A DNA stretch of 64,000 bases from Candidatus Woesearchaeota archaeon (GCA_016784165.1 JADHVD010000002.1:6045-70044), one strand, 5' to 3'. Counted from the stretch's first letter, positions 18,197 to 28,596 are shown. Notes: generated by a model not told the origin, from the sequence alone. Made by a program: numbers and translations.

Positions 18197-19405
18197 ATGA
18201 AGTGTTTAATGTGTAAAACTGTGGGGGTATTTGAAAGAGGGTTATGTGCTAGCTGTGCAAAGAAAGAAATTTTTAATAAAGTGAGAAATTTTAAAAAAGA
18301 TTTTTTTGGTTCTGTTCCTAGCCCCTTTATTGGGCATTATAATTATCCCAACATTAATGTAGGTATTTTGAGTTTACAAGATATTAGAAAAGATGCTAGT
18401 AGTTTTGATGCTCCAAGTGAATGGGCTACACTAAATAAAGGAGTTTATGATATTCTTGATTATCGGAGTGCTTTAGTTAATGCCAGAAAAAAATCCAATG
18501 TTTATAAAATTGAAGATATCACTCGTTTAGTTGGTATTGCTACAAAACCCGTCGAGATGGAAATTGATTTAAAGAAAAAACCACGTTTCGGATTAAATTT
18601 TAATTCTGAAGCATCTCCTTATGGCCCTAATGTAGAGGTTAAAAAAGCAAAAATAACTGAAAATGTTAAAATAGCTAGGGCTGTTGAAAAAGTAAATGAC
18701 GATATTGATTTAAAATCAAATAATGCTTTAAGTTATCTTTATAAAAAAGGGTTTGATGAAAATTTTTTATCAAAATTATTGAGTGTTGGTTCTGTAGGGA
18801 TAGGGAAGGACAGAAGACTCGTACCAACAAGGTGGAGTATAACTGCAGTAGATGATTCAATGTCTAAACAAATGATTAATGAATTAAAAGATTTTAATGA
18901 AATTAATTATGATCTCTATTTTGGAGGATATTTAGGCAACTATTACCTTGTGTGTTTTTTTCCAGGTGAGTGGAGTTTTGAATTATTTGAAAGTTATGTT
19001 GAAAAAAAAGTAAATCAGTGGTCTAAAAGTAATTTAAGATATGCAACCGATTATGAAAATGTTTTTGGGAGAAAAGAATACGCAAAAGAGACTGCCGGCG
19101 GATATTATGCTGCAAGACTTCCAGTTTCTGAAAAATTGAAGAGTTTGAAAAGAAAAGGAAGTGTTTTAGTGTTTAGGTTTATTACTGAAGAATACACTGT
19201 ACCATTAGGGGTTTGGGTTGTTAGGGAATCAATAAGAAAAGCATTAAAAAATAAACCATTAAATTTTGGAAACAAAGAGTTGATGTTAAAATATGCTAAG
19301 ATATTTGTTAAGAAAAAATTTGGTGTTGAGATTGACGAAATGATTCGGAAAAGTATTTTGTTAAAAGAACTTAAAACACAAAAAAGATTATTGGCTTTTG
19401 TTTAA
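18197..19405 (+). CDS. Hypothetical protein with N-terminal C4 zinc ribbon (CxxC...CxxC); possibly Nre-family (archaeal PCNA-associated repair protein)
   Basis: MKCLMCKTVGVFERGLCASCAKKE Zn-ribbon; ~400 aa size and the zinc ribbon are consistent with arCOG Nre proteins; assignment from memory only. Confidence 0.3.
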   Translation: MKCLMCKTVGVFERGLCASCAKKEIFNKVRNFKKDFFGSVPSPFIGHYNYPNINVGILSLQDIRKDASSFDAPSEWATLNKGVYDILDYRSALVNARKKSNVYKIEDITRLVGIATKPVEMEIDLKKKPRFGLNFNSEASPYGPNVEVKKAKITENVKIARAVEKVNDDIDLKSNNALSYLYKKGFDENFLSKLLSVGSVGIGKDRRLVPTRWSITAVDDSMSKQMINELKDFNEINYDLYFGGYLGNYYLVCFFPGEWSFELFESYVEKKVNQWSKSNLRYATDYENVFGRKEYAKETAGGYYAARLPVSEKLKSLKRKGSVLVFRFITEEYTVPLGVWVVRESIRKALKNKPLNFGNKELMLKYAKIFVKKKFGVEIDEMIRKSILLKELKTQKRLLAFV

Positions 19406-20751
19406 GTATTATTTTTATCTATTTTTTTCAATATTCCTTTTGCAGCTATTATACCTGTTGCAGCGGCCCCCACAATATTTCCAGCCACCCCCACACCATC
19501 TCCAGCTACAAAAAAGTTATTCATAGATGTTTCTAGATTTTTATCTGTTTCTAATTGAGTTGAGAAAAATTTGATTTCTGGCCCATAAAGAAGAGTTGAA
19601 TCTGAAGCGATTCCAGGTATCACTTTGTTTAATTTTGTTAGGCCTTCAACAAGATTAAATATAATCCTGCTTGGAAGGGCCATTGCTAAATCTCCAGGAG
19701 TTACCTCTTTTAGCGTGGGTGTGATATGGCTTTTTTCAATTCTTTTCCATGTCGAACGTCTGCATTTTTTTAAGTCTTTAAATCTTTGAACTATTGGTTT
19801 CCCCCCTCCAATTGTTGTTGCTAAATGAGCTATAGAATTTCCATATTTGATTGTGTTATCGACTGGTTCTGTTAGATTTACTGTAGATAGTAATGCAAAA
19901 TTAGTGTTTCTTGAGCGTTTATCTTTCATACAATGGCCATTGACGCATACAAAACCATCATAAGTTTCTTTTGCTACAAATCCTCCAGGGTTTGTACAAA
20001 AAGTTCTTACAAAATCGTCATATTTATCTGTATAGATAAAAAAAGTTGGATCCCAAACCACATCAGTTATCTTTTCCATAATAGAATAAGGCACTTCTAC
20101 CCTTACACCTACTTCAATACTTCTGTAAGTAAAAGGGATATTCAATTTTGATGCTAAATTTGTTGCCCAATGTGCTCCAATCCTTCCAGGTGCAAGAATC
20201 AAATATTTTGCTTGTATCTCTCCTTTTGCTGTTTCTATTGCTTCAAAATGATTATTCTTTTTGATTATATTTGTCACTTCTGTTTCTAATAAAAAATCAA
20301 CTCCTTGTTTTTTTAAATGTTTTTGAAATTTTTGGATTATTCCAGGAAGTCTATCTGAACCAATGTGTTTTTGTTTTATCACTAAAAAATCCATATCTGC
20401 TTTTTTTGCTTTTGCAACTATTTCCTTCATTTCTGGAGTGCTTTTAGGGTAAAAATCTTTTGGAACTCCAAAACTCATGAATATTTGATCAATATAATCT
20501 ATCAGTGCTTGGGCCTTTTCTTTTGAAAGAAATTGATATAGATTCGTTTTTCCTAGTTTGGGGATAAGATTTAGTTTTCCATCTGAGAACAATCCAGCTC
20601 CACCAATTCCACACATAACTTCATTCCTAGGTCTATCTTTAATGGCTTTACCTTTGTCTACCACCAAAATTTTCAGTTTTTTCTTACTCAGTTCGTATGC
20701 TGCGAATAGGCCGGCCGGACCACCACCTATGATAATTACATCATACCTCAT
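19402..20751 (-). CDS. FAD-dependent oxidoreductase (COG2509-like uncharacterized FAD-dependent dehydrogenase)
   Basis: YDVIIIGGGPAGLFAAYELS Rossmann GxGxxG at the N-terminus (start moved to MRYDV at 20751); second dinucleotide-binding region later. Confidence 0.7.
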   Translation of the reverse strand: MRYDVIIIGGGPAGLFAAYELSKKKLKILVVDKGKAIKDRPRNEVMCGIGGAGLFSDGKLNLIPKLGKTNLYQFLSKEKAQALIDYIDQIFMSFGVPKDFYPKSTPEMKEIVAKAKKADMDFLVIKQKHIGSDRLPGIIQKFQKHLKKQGVDFLLETEVTNIIKKNNHFEAIETAKGEIQAKYLILAPGRIGAHWATNLASKLNIPFTYRSIEVGVRVEVPYSIMEKITDVVWDPTFFIYTDKYDDFVRTFCTNPGGFVAKETYDGFVCVNGHCMKDKRSRNTNFALLSTVNLTEPVDNTIKYGNSIAHLATTIGGGKPIVQRFKDLKKCRRSTWKRIEKSHITPTLKEVTPGDLAMALPSRIIFNLVEGLTKLNKVIPGIASDSTLLYGPEIKFFSTQLETDKNLETSMNNFFVAGDGVGVAGNIVGAAATGIIAAKGILKKIDKNNT

Positions 20752-20837
20752 TTTTATCCCCCACAAACTTAAGAATATTTATTTTATATAAATAATGGTA
20801 TAAATATGTTTCTTTTTTGGATAATGTGAAAAAAAAG

Positions 20838-20912
20838 GGCGATAACCGGGATTTGAACCCGGGCTAGGAGATCCACAGTCTCCTGTGCTGCCAGACTACA
20901 CCATTATCGCCA
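20838..20912 (-). tRNA. tRNA-His (anticodon GUG) with genomically encoded G-1
   Basis: Minus strand G(-1)-GCGAUAA-UG-GUGU..GCAC-A-GGAGA/CUGUGGA/UCUCC-UAGC-CCGGG/UUCAAAU/CCCGG-UUAUCGC-C73; G-1:C73 pair diagnostic of tRNA-His; followed by a T8 terminator (plus-strand A8 at 20829-20836); TTTAAATA box ~25 nt upstream on the minus strand. Confidence 0.85.
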
Positions 20913-20967
20913 TATTGGAAAGAAATAAGAAAGGGGTATTTAAACTTTTTTAAACATCTCAATTAAT

Positions 20968-21744
20968 TCAGAAAAAACCAAACCTACTCAATAAATTTTG
21001 GAGAAACCCTTTTTCTATTTTCTCCTCATATCTTTTGCCAGTTAATGTTGCAGCTAATTTCTTAAATTCTATTGAAGCTGGAGAATCTGGAAATGCATAA
21101 ACAAGTGGATGATTCATTTTTAATGAATTTTTAACTTGATTATCTTCAGGTATTATAGAAATAATGTTTTTCCCCAATATTGATTCAATATTTTCTATAG
21201 AAATCAAGTCCTTACCGGTTGATTTATTGAGTATTACGCCTTTTACTTCAACATTATTTTTTTCTGCTAATTTGATTGTTTTTAACGCTTCTGTTACAGA
21301 AGGCATATCAGCATTAGTAACAACTAACAATTCATTTAACATGCTGAATATTGGGGCAACATCACTAGTTAATCCTGCTGCCATATCTACGATTGTCAAT
21401 TCACCTAATTCTTGATCAAATAAAAGGTTGCTTAATTTTCTAGGGTTTAATTCATCTAGTTCATCTAATGAAATAGACGCAGGAACTATTTTTAATCCAG
21501 ATGGGTGTTGATATGTAGCTTCTGTTAACTTATTTTTTCCATTTAAAACATCATGAAGAGTTATTGGCACTAATGGTGCTCCTAAATGTATTGCAATATG
21601 GGGTGTTGCTAAGTTTGCGTCTAATAAAATAGTATCATGCCCAAGATTATTTAGTGCCATTGCTAAATTAATAGATACAGTAGTCTTTCCAACTCCTCCT
21701 TTTCCAGATGCAATTCCAACATATTTAGTCATCTTCTTTACCAT
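20968..21744 (-). CDS. minD: MinD/ParA-family P-loop ATPase
   Basis: Deviant Walker A GIASGKGGVGKTTVS; 258 aa; MinD-like overall pattern. Confidence 0.8.
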   Translation of the reverse strand: MVKKMTKYVGIASGKGGVGKTTVSINLAMALNNLGHDTILLDANLATPHIAIHLGAPLVPITLHDVLNGKNKLTEATYQHPSGLKIVPASISLDELDELNPRKLSNLLFDQELGELTIVDMAAGLTSDVAPIFSMLNELLVVTNADMPSVTEALKTIKLAEKNNVEVKGVILNKSTGKDLISIENIESILGKNIISIIPEDNQVKNSLKMNHPLVYAFPDSPASIEFKKLAATLTGKRYEEKIEKGFLQNLLSRFGFF

Positions 21745-22201
21745 AAATTATTTCATCTACAAGTTCTATGAATCTTTTTGTCATTACATAATATTCATTA
21801 ATTTCATCTAAATTGATCTCATACCCTTTATCATCTATGGTGGTGATCATAGCAACATGCCTTCTATATTCTTTTATTTTGGTGTAATCTTCTGTTTTGT
21901 TTAATTTTCTTAAAAGTAAAAAGAATTCAATCATATCTCTCAATTCTTCACTAAATTCTTCTCCAGTGTATAATCCTTTAACCAATTCCGCCCTTAATAA
22001 CATACTTTTGGGAAAATCTTCTATTCTTTTTTGTTCTACAGCAAATTTAAGTAAAGCTGTTGCTCCAAACCCAAACGTATTTACCATTCTTTGAATGATA
22101 TTTCTTATTACATCTACAGTTCTAGTATATTTTAAGCTAACATATACAGAATGATCTATCCTCTTTAATTCCTGTCTTGCATCATGTAAAGATTCTTTCA
22201 T
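21725..22201 (-). CDS. Hypothetical protein, paralog of the adjacent 22182..22667 ORF
   Basis: Shares an N-terminal pattern (LKRIDHSVYVSLKYT vs LRIADHMVFVTYTL) and length with the upstream ORF; overlaps the minD start by ~20 nt (operonic). Confidence 0.5.
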   Translation of the reverse strand: MKESLHDARQELKRIDHSVYVSLKYTRTVDVIRNIIQRMVNTFGFGATALLKFAVEQKRIEDFPKSMLLRAELVKGLYTGEEFSEELRDMIEFFLLLRKLNKTEDYTKIKEYRRHVAMITTIDDKGYEINLDEINEYYVMTKRFIELVDEIIYGKEDD

Positions 22202-22667
22202 TTTTAGATGTTATTTTTTCTATGTCTTGTATAAATGATTTTGTTCTTGAAATATATTCCTTTATTTCACTTAAAGCTATACTCTTCATTCTATAGTTGG
22301 AAGAGCAGATTATAAATTTATCCTTTCTTGCGAATTCAACAGGTGAATTTTTGTGTTCTAATAATAAATTATGTAAATCCCTTATTAAAAAAATATAACT
22401 CTGATTTAAATTATGCTTACCCATACAATTATTTTTTAATATTGAAAATTTTGAAGAAAAATTTTCTGGAAAAATGGGTATTCTTTTGAATAACCTTTCA
22501 TGATACAATAAAGCATTCATCCCATTAGTTAAAGATAAAAAAATATTTCTTAATGCAGATAATAACAATTTTGGATCTTTAATTAAAGTATAAGTTACAA
22601 AAACCATGTGATCAGCTATACGTAAATTTTTTTTTGATTTTACCAGATATTCTTGAAACTTCTCCAT
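22182..22667 (-). CDS. Hypothetical protein, paralog of 21725..22201
   Basis: 161 aa, alpha-helical-looking composition, similar to the downstream neighbour; overlapping stop/start. Confidence 0.5.
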   Translation of the reverse strand: MEKFQEYLVKSKKNLRIADHMVFVTYTLIKDPKLLLSALRNIFLSLTNGMNALLYHERLFKRIPIFPENFSSKFSILKNNCMGKHNLNQSYIFLIRDLHNLLLEHKNSPVEFARKDKFIICSSNYRMKSIALSEIKEYISRTKSFIQDIEKITSKNERIFT

Positions 22668-22721
22668 GGCAGCATATAGGTATTAAAACTTTTTAAAGTT
22701 TATGATAAAAAATCGAAAATA

Positions 22722-23060
22722 TCACTCTTGTAAGTCTAAAATTGCTTTTGCAATGTCTCCTTTTGAATTTTTAAGTGCTTTTTCTGCATCTTCTTTTGAG
22801 ACATTTGTTTGTTGTACAACTGTATCTATATCTTCTTCTGTGATTTCAGGTTCTGTTGATAATGATCTTTCTTCAGGTTCACCAACTATTTGATAAGTTT
22901 GTTGACCCATCATATTCACCTTACTTACCTGTGGTTGTGAAAAAACCAATTGTTTATCTTGAGTTTTAATAATAACTTCTACAGCATCTATTTCTTGTTG
23001 TTGAATACCCATACGTTTCATCATACTCTGCATTTTCCGCGGATTCATTCCAGGCATCAT
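22722..23060 (-). CDS. nac: Nascent polypeptide-associated complex alpha subunit (aNAC; NAC + UBA domains)
   Basis: MMPGMNPRKMQSMMKRMGIQ... NAC domain followed by a C-terminal UBA-like ...KEDAEKALKNSKGDIAKAILDL; start moved to an internal Met to avoid the Sec61beta stop. Confidence 0.8.
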   Translation of the reverse strand: MMPGMNPRKMQSMMKRMGIQQQEIDAVEVIIKTQDKQLVFSQPQVSKVNMMGQQTYQIVGEPEERSLSTEPEITEEDIDTVVQQTNVSKEDAEKALKNSKGDIAKAILDLQE

Positions 23061-23061
23061 T

Positions 23062-23241
23062 TTAAGGTAAACCAAGGATTTTTGTTCCTTGTGTGTGTAA
23101 GATTATCTCAAGAATCATAATTATAATCACAAATATAATTATATATCCTGGTTTAAATTCTATTTTACTCCTATATTCGTCGAAATAACGTACCAATCCA
23201 CCTTGAGAGGAAGGCATAGATATTTTATCTTGTTTTGACAT
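23062..23241 (-). CDS. sec61b: Preprotein translocase Sec61-beta (archaeal SecG/Sec61beta); missed by the ORF track (59 aa)
   Basis: Minus-strand translation MSKQDKISMPSSQGGLVRYFDEYRSKIEFKPGYIIIFVIIIMILEIILHTQGTKILGLP: conserved GGL(V/M)RYFDE motif plus a single C-terminal TM helix. Confidence 0.7.
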   Translation of the reverse strand: MSKQDKISMPSSQGGLVRYFDEYRSKIEFKPGYIIIFVIIIMILEIILHTQGTKILGLP

Positions 23242-23278
23242 TTTGGTTAATTAATATGTATCTATTTAAAAAGTTTAG

Positions 23279-23570
23279 GGTAAAGTAAGCCGCCTTTTGT
23301 CAGTTTTCTTTAAAAGAAAAAACCGTCTTAACATTCTACTTTGCGTCTAAAAAGACTTGCACAAACCAGGACTCGCCGTTTCAACTATCCCAATGAAACG
23401 TCTGTTGGTTAACTCGCTTTTGTCACCAAAAGCTTCGCAAACATCATTCTACTCATTGGAAGTATCGTTTCTGAGCGGTTGCCATCCATTGCTAGATCTT
23501 GCTTCTGCAAGTGGTTACGATAGTGGGCGGACTTTCCTCAGTAGTATCTACCGATAGTTAAGCTTTACCA
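23279..23570 (-). ncRNA. rnpB: RNase P RNA (archaeal); boundaries approximate
   Basis: GC-rich island; minus strand contains GAGGAAAGUCCGCCC (universal P4 5' strand AGGAAAGUCCG) and a downstream AAGGCGGCUUAC (P4 3' strand), ACAGAAAC-like region, and a terminal P1 helix GGUAAAG...CUUUACC; ~290 nt; the track ORF 23357..23557 is spurious. Confidence 0.8.
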
Positions 23571-23596
23571 CAAGAAAGAATAAATTTAAGGGGTTT

Positions 23597-23833
23597 TTAA
23601 GCTTTTCTTTTCTTTTTGTGTTTTTTCAGTTTTTTCAGTTCTGTTTGTATTCTGGAGTTTACTGCGATAAATCCCCAAAGAGAGAAAAACATAACTAATA
23701 AACCATCAACCACTTCTAGCCATTTATTTCCATGTAGAACACTAGCTACCCATAATATTAAACCTAAAAAGAAATCCACAAGATAAAAATTTGCAAGAGT
23801 GGTTAATTTTATTTTTGCACCTTTTTTTACCAT
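23597..23833 (-). CDS. Small 2-TM membrane protein, hypothetical
   Basis: 78 aa with two hydrophobic helices and a basic C-tail (KKLKKHKKKRKA). Confidence 0.4.
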   Translation of the reverse strand: MVKKGAKIKLTTLANFYLVDFFLGLILWVASVLHGNKWLEVVDGLLVMFFSLWGFIAVNSRIQTELKKLKKHKKKRKA

Positions 23834-23858
23834 ATTAAAATTAATATTGTTTGATTAT

Positions 23859-25004
23859 TTAAATTTTTTGTTGTTTTAGTTGGAATAATAAACAATACAT
23901 TTCTTGTTTTCCAGCCATGATTTGTTTTTCTTTTATTAATTTAAAATTTTGTTTTTGTGCATGCGCCTTTAATTGAGAAGGGTTGGTGGAAATTAATGCT
24001 ATCTTCCCTTTTTTTGAGAGGATTAATTTAGCTTGATAGAAAAATTCGTGATAAATTTGAGGAATTTCTTTTTGATTAAACTTTGTAGGTTGTGGGGGAT
24101 AAGATGCTATTAAGTCTATTTCTTTGTCAAATTTTAAGTCTAAATCTTCAATATTTGTTTTTGAGAATTTTATTTTTTTATTGATATTAGCTATTTTAGC
24201 ATTCTTTTTTGCAGCACTAATATTCTTTAACAAAGAATCATAAGCAAATATTTTTGATTTAGTATTCTTTATTTTATCTAATTTTAAAAAGAAACTATCA
24301 AAATCTTGTTTATTAAATTGTTTTAATTTTAAAAAAGCAAAATCTGTTTTTCTAAAAAAATTAGGAGAATTATTAGTTGAATAAAGTGCTGCTTCTATTG
24401 GGATTGTAGCTGCTTTACAAAAAGGATCTAAAAGTGATTGTTCTTTTTTATAGTCTGCAAATCTTAATAATGAGTATGCAACTGTACCTTTAATTCCTGT
24501 AGGATTTATAAATATTTTATAATCTCTTTTGCTTAAATCAAAACCAGAAAAATCGACACCAAAATAACAATTTTTATCATGGATATAAACATAAAATATT
24601 AAGTCCGGGTTTGTTAAATTTACTTTTGGTTGAATTCCTAATTTTTTCAAATTATCAAAAACATAACCACCTACAGTTTCTTCTATCTCTTTTGTTGAAA
24701 ATTCATCATTTATTTTTTTACACTTTACTGCAAAAGTTGTTTCATCATTAAACCAATTTTTTAATGATAATTTTGAAATTGGTTTTTCCAATTCTTCGAT
24801 TGAATTTATAATAAATTTAGAAAGTAAGAGTATTGCTTTATTGATTGATTGTGATTTGTAAATCAATTTACATAATTCGATTGGTTTTTTTGGGTTAAAT
24901 ACCACAACCGAATCTTGTATTATTGAGTCTAATTTCAATATTTCTTTTATTTCAGATTTAGTTACTTCTTCTAAACCATGATTTGTTATAGCTAGTGCTT
25001 TCAT
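23859..25004 (-). CDS. THUMP-domain RNA methyltransferase (Trm14/RlmL/Trm11-like)
   Basis: N-terminal MKALAITNHGLEEV (typical THUMP-protein start), ~380 aa, C-terminal Rossmann-like region; family-level call. Confidence 0.5.
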   Translation of the reverse strand: MKALAITNHGLEEVTKSEIKEILKLDSIIQDSVVVFNPKKPIELCKLIYKSQSINKAILLLSKFIINSIEELEKPISKLSLKNWFNDETTFAVKCKKINDEFSTKEIEETVGGYVFDNLKKLGIQPKVNLTNPDLIFYVYIHDKNCYFGVDFSGFDLSKRDYKIFINPTGIKGTVAYSLLRFADYKKEQSLLDPFCKAATIPIEAALYSTNNSPNFFRKTDFAFLKLKQFNKQDFDSFFLKLDKIKNTKSKIFAYDSLLKNISAAKKNAKIANINKKIKFSKTNIEDLDLKFDKEIDLIASYPPQPTKFNQKEIPQIYHEFFYQAKLILSKKGKIALISTNPSQLKAHAQKQNFKLIKEKQIMAGKQEMYCLLFQLKQQKI

Positions 25005-25027
25005 AAATATAAAGAATCAGTTTAGTT

Positions 25028-27493
25028 TTATAAAGATTCGCCAATTATCTTGGCTGCCGAAACAACTTTATCTCCTTTTTTTAATCTCATTAATCTAACT
25101 CCTTGAGTATTTCTTCCTATTTGAGATATTCCGTTTGTAGGAGTTCTAATGGTAATTCCTTTTTGACTAATAAACATCATCTCATCATTATCTGTAACAG
25201 AAGATGTTGCAACAACTTTCCCATTTCTTTCACTACACTGAATGTTAATAATTCCAGAAGTTCCTCTATGAGTTATTCTATAATTAGAAATTAAAGTTCT
25301 TTTTCCATACCCATTTTTAGTTATAGTTAAGATGCTTTTTTTATCTTCAGCTATAATTAACCCAATCAACATATCTTTTTCCTTAAGTTTTATTCCTTTA
25401 ACACCTGTAGCTGTTCTCCCCATAACCCTCACTTCTGCTTCTTTAAATCTTACAGCTTTTCCATTTTTAGTTGCTAAAATAATTTGTTGAGTGTTATCTG
25501 TTAATCTGGCCCCAACTAAGGAATCATTTTCTCGTAAATTTATTGCTATAATTCCATTTTTCCTAGGTTTGGAATAAGCAGACAATTTTGTTTTTTTAAC
25601 TATGCCATTTTTAGTTGCCATAAAAATATATTTAGAATCATCAAATTTTCTTACTGGAATAAGTGAAGTTATTTTTTCTTCTTTCTGTAATCCAAGTATA
25701 TTAATAATTGGTAATCCTTTTGCAGTTCTTACTGCATCTGGAAATTTATATACCTTAGACCAATAGACTTTCCCAAGATTCGTAAAAAATAAAATATATG
25801 AATGCGTATTTGCTATAAATAAATCTTCAATGAAATCCTCTTCTTTAGTGGTTGCTGCAATCACTCCTTTTCCACCCCTCTTTTGTCCACGATATTCATC
25901 TACAGAAGTTCTTTTTATATATCCAGCATTAGTCATAGTGACAACCACTTCCTGTGGTTTTATTAAATCCTCTTCATCTAATAAGTCATCATCACCATCT
26001 AAAATTTCTGTTTTTCTTTCATCACCATATTTTTCAATTAATTCTTTCAATTCTTTTTTGATTATGTCTTTTATTTTTTGGTCACTTGCCAAAATTTCTT
26101 TTAATTTTTTGATTAAAATTGATTTTTCTTTTAATTCATCTAGGATTTTATTTTGTTCTAAAGAAGTTAATCTTTGTAATTTCATATCTAAAATTGCTTG
26201 AGATTGTTTGGGAGTTATATCAAATGTACTTTGGAGCGATTTGTTTGCAATATCCGGAGATTTACTTTTCTTGATCATTACTATTACCTTATCAAGATAA
26301 TCCAATGCTATTTTTAATCCCTCAAGAATGTGAGCTCTTTCTTCAGCTATCCTCAAATCATATTTTGTTCTTTTTGTAACTACATCTATTCTATGTTCAA
26401 TGTATTTTTGTAATATTTGTTTAAGATTTAGTAATTTTGGAACATTATTATCTAATGCAAGAAGATTTATACCAAATGTTGTTTGTAATGATGTATGTTT
26501 ATATAATCTATTTAACACAATTTCAGGATTAGCATTTGATTTTAATCCAATTACTACCCTAATACCTTCTCTATCAGATTCATCTCTTAATTCAGATATA
26601 TCTTTTAATTTTTTATCCTTAACCAATTCAGCAATATTAATTAATAATGTTGATTTATTTACTTGATAGGGAATTTCAGTAACTATTATTCTTACTCTAT
26701 TTTTTTGTTGTTCTATATGTGTTTTCGCCCTTAATTTTATTTTTCCTTTTCCTGTTTCATATGCTCTTTTTATTCCGCCCCTACCAGTAAGCATAGCAGC
26801 TGTTGGAAAATCAGGTCCATGAACATATTCCATTAAATCAATAATTTCTGCATTGGGATTATCTATTAAATAGATCGCCGCATTTGAAACTTCTGTAAGG
26901 TTGTGTGGCGGAATATTTGTAGCCATGCCAACTGCAATTCCAGAAGAACCATTAACCAATAAATTAGGAAGTTTTGAAGGTAAAACTATTGGTTCTTTTA
27001 AACTATCATCAAAATTGGGAGTAAATTTTACTGTTTCTTTATCGATATCAGAAAGCATTTCTGTTGAAATTTTACTTAATTTTACTTCAGTATATCTCAT
27101 AGCAGCTGCATTGTCGCCATCAATACTTCCAAAATTTCCTTGCCCTTTAACTAAAGGATACCTTAAAGAAAAATCTTGCACCATACGTACCATTGAATCA
27201 TATACTGCAGTATCTCCATGAGGGTGATATTTACCTAATACTTCCCCAACAATTCTTGCAGATTTTTTAAAGGATTTTGTGTGTACAATACCCATATCCT
27301 GCATTGCATATAATATTCTACGATGTACTGGTTTTAAACCATCTTTTACATCTGGCAATGCTCTACCAACTATTACCGACATAGAATAATCTAAATAAGA
27401 AGACTTCATTTCTTCTTCTATTAATCTAGAAACTATCCTTTCTTTTGTTATATCTTCTCCTTCCACTATTTTATTTTCTTTTTGTTTAGTCAT
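25028..27493 (-). CDS. gyrA: DNA gyrase subunit A
   Basis: [32 protein letters not shown] (GyrA N-terminal signature, catalytic Tyr region), 821 aa with a C-terminal beta-pinwheel repeat region. Confidence 0.9.
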   Translation of the reverse strand: MTKQKENKIVEGEDITKERIVSRLIEEEMKSSYLDYSMSVIVGRALPDVKDGLKPVHRRILYAMQDMGIVHTKSFKKSARIVGEVLGKYHPHGDTAVYDSMVRMVQDFSLRYPLVKGQGNFGSIDGDNAAAMRYTEVKLSKISTEMLSDIDKETVKFTPNFDDSLKEPIVLPSKLPNLLVNGSSGIAVGMATNIPPHNLTEVSNAAIYLIDNPNAEIIDLMEYVHGPDFPTAAMLTGRGGIKRAYETGKGKIKLRAKTHIEQQKNRVRIIVTEIPYQVNKSTLLINIAELVKDKKLKDISELRDESDREGIRVVIGLKSNANPEIVLNRLYKHTSLQTTFGINLLALDNNVPKLLNLKQILQKYIEHRIDVVTKRTKYDLRIAEERAHILEGLKIALDYLDKVIVMIKKSKSPDIANKSLQSTFDITPKQSQAILDMKLQRLTSLEQNKILDELKEKSILIKKLKEILASDQKIKDIIKKELKELIEKYGDERKTEILDGDDDLLDEEDLIKPQEVVVTMTNAGYIKRTSVDEYRGQKRGGKGVIAATTKEEDFIEDLFIANTHSYILFFTNLGKVYWSKVYKFPDAVRTAKGLPIINILGLQKEEKITSLIPVRKFDDSKYIFMATKNGIVKKTKLSAYSKPRKNGIIAINLRENDSLVGARLTDNTQQIILATKNGKAVRFKEAEVRVMGRTATGVKGIKLKEKDMLIGLIIAEDKKSILTITKNGYGKRTLISNYRITHRGTSGIINIQCSERNGKVVATSSVTDNDEMMFISQKGITIRTPTNGISQIGRNTQGVRLMRLKKGDKVVSAAKIIGESL

Positions 27494-27725
27494 CTTGTAC
27501 TAATTTGTATGGTATTGCATAATAATTGCATGGTTTTTTTGGTCCATTTAGAGGTTCAATATCTCTAATTTCTAATGCATAATTGTCTGAAATTTTAAGC
27601 ACTTGACCTATTTTGTATAATCCCTCATCTGCAGTAACTTGCACGATTATTGGCCGACATTTACTTTCTGTTAAACCTCTAACAATATCTCCAATGGTTT
27701 CTGGTTTTAATTCTAATTTTTTCAT
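27486..27725 (-). CDS. Small hypothetical protein overlapping the gyrA start (co-transcribed)
   Basis: 79-aa ORF; its stop overlaps the gyrA ATG by 8 nt; no motif recognized. Confidence 0.4.
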   Translation of the reverse strand: MKKLELKPETIGDIVRGLTESKCRPIIVQVTADEGLYKIGQVLKISDNYALEIRDIEPLNGPKKPCNYYAIPYKLVQDD

Positions 27726-27837
27726 ATTTTGTGACCTCCATAATAGGTTAATAAAACTCTGAAGACAAGCCTAAAGCAAAATCTCCTGATTTTTTCACCT
27801 TTAAATTACCCCCCTTTTAAATCGTGATTGTGATAAA

Positions 27838-28596
27838 TTATTCTTCTATATTTCTTAGTGCTTCGGATGATGATTTTATTTCTTCTTCTCCTTCTTGCTG
27901 AGTGGTTTGTTTTCCTACTTCCACTTCTTCATCATCTTTTTCAGAAACTTCTGTAGAAGATACATCTTGAATTTCTTTTAACTCATTATTTTTTTGTTCC
28001 TGTCTTTTTGCTCTCAACATTTCTTCTGTTTTTCTATTTGCTTGTTCTACTTGTTTTATTTGTTCTTCCATATCTTTTTCTTTTTCCTCTATTGATTGTT
28101 CAACTTCTTCAAAGTTTTTGAATGTTTCTTTAACTTTATCTTCAGGTAAATCAAAATAATTAAAGAATTTGGAAGTTAATTTCAATTCATAAGTTCTACC
28201 TTTTTTAATTTTCTCTAAAAATTGCATCTCTTGTAATTGTTTTATGTGGTCATAAGCTTTATTTGAACGAATTTTTATTAATTCAGATTGAAGAATCGGA
28301 TATTTAAATGCAAGGATCGCAAGAGTTTCTGTAACTGATTTATTTAATTCTGTATCTATTGCAAGATTTTTTATTAAAGGCATATATCTTTCCCTAACTG
28401 TCAATTTCCATATGTCTTTTTCTGATACTAACATCATAGAAGATTCTTTTTGTTCATACCCTTGTTGTAATTCCTTGAGTTTTGCTTCAACTATGTTGGG
28501 ATTATTGATTTTACAAAGTTTTGAAAGCTCTTCTAAACTGATTTTTTTCCCAACCGAGAAGAGTATTGCCTCTAGTTTATTTTTTAAATCTTCCAT
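27838..28596 (-). CDS. scpB: Segregation and condensation protein B (ScpB), tandem winged-helix
   Basis: LEAILFSVGKKISLEELSKL... first wHTH and TETLAILAFKYPILQSELIKIRS second wHTH, characteristic of ScpB; acidic C-tail. Confidence 0.75.
   Translation of the reverse strand: MEDLKNKLEAILFSVGKKISLEELSKLCKINNPNIVEAKLKELQQGYEQKESSMMLVSEKDIWKLTVRERYMPLIKNLAIDTELNKSVTETLAILAFKYPILQSELIKIRSNKAYDHIKQLQEMQFLEKIKKGRTYELKLTSKFFNYFDLPEDKVKETFKNFEEVEQSIEEKEKDMEEQIKQVEQANRKTEEMLRAKRQEQKNNELKEIQDVSSTEVSEKDDEEVEVGKQTTQQEGEEEIKSSSEALRNIEE

Noticed and set aside
23357-23557. 66-aa + strand ORF
   Set aside because: Lies inside the RNase P RNA gene, which carries the conserved AGGAAAGUCCG motif on the opposite strand; artefact of the GC-rich RNA.
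27486-27725. gyrB upstream of gyrA
   Set aside because: The only upstream ORF is 79 aa and lacks any GHKL/Toprim motif; gyrB must be elsewhere.
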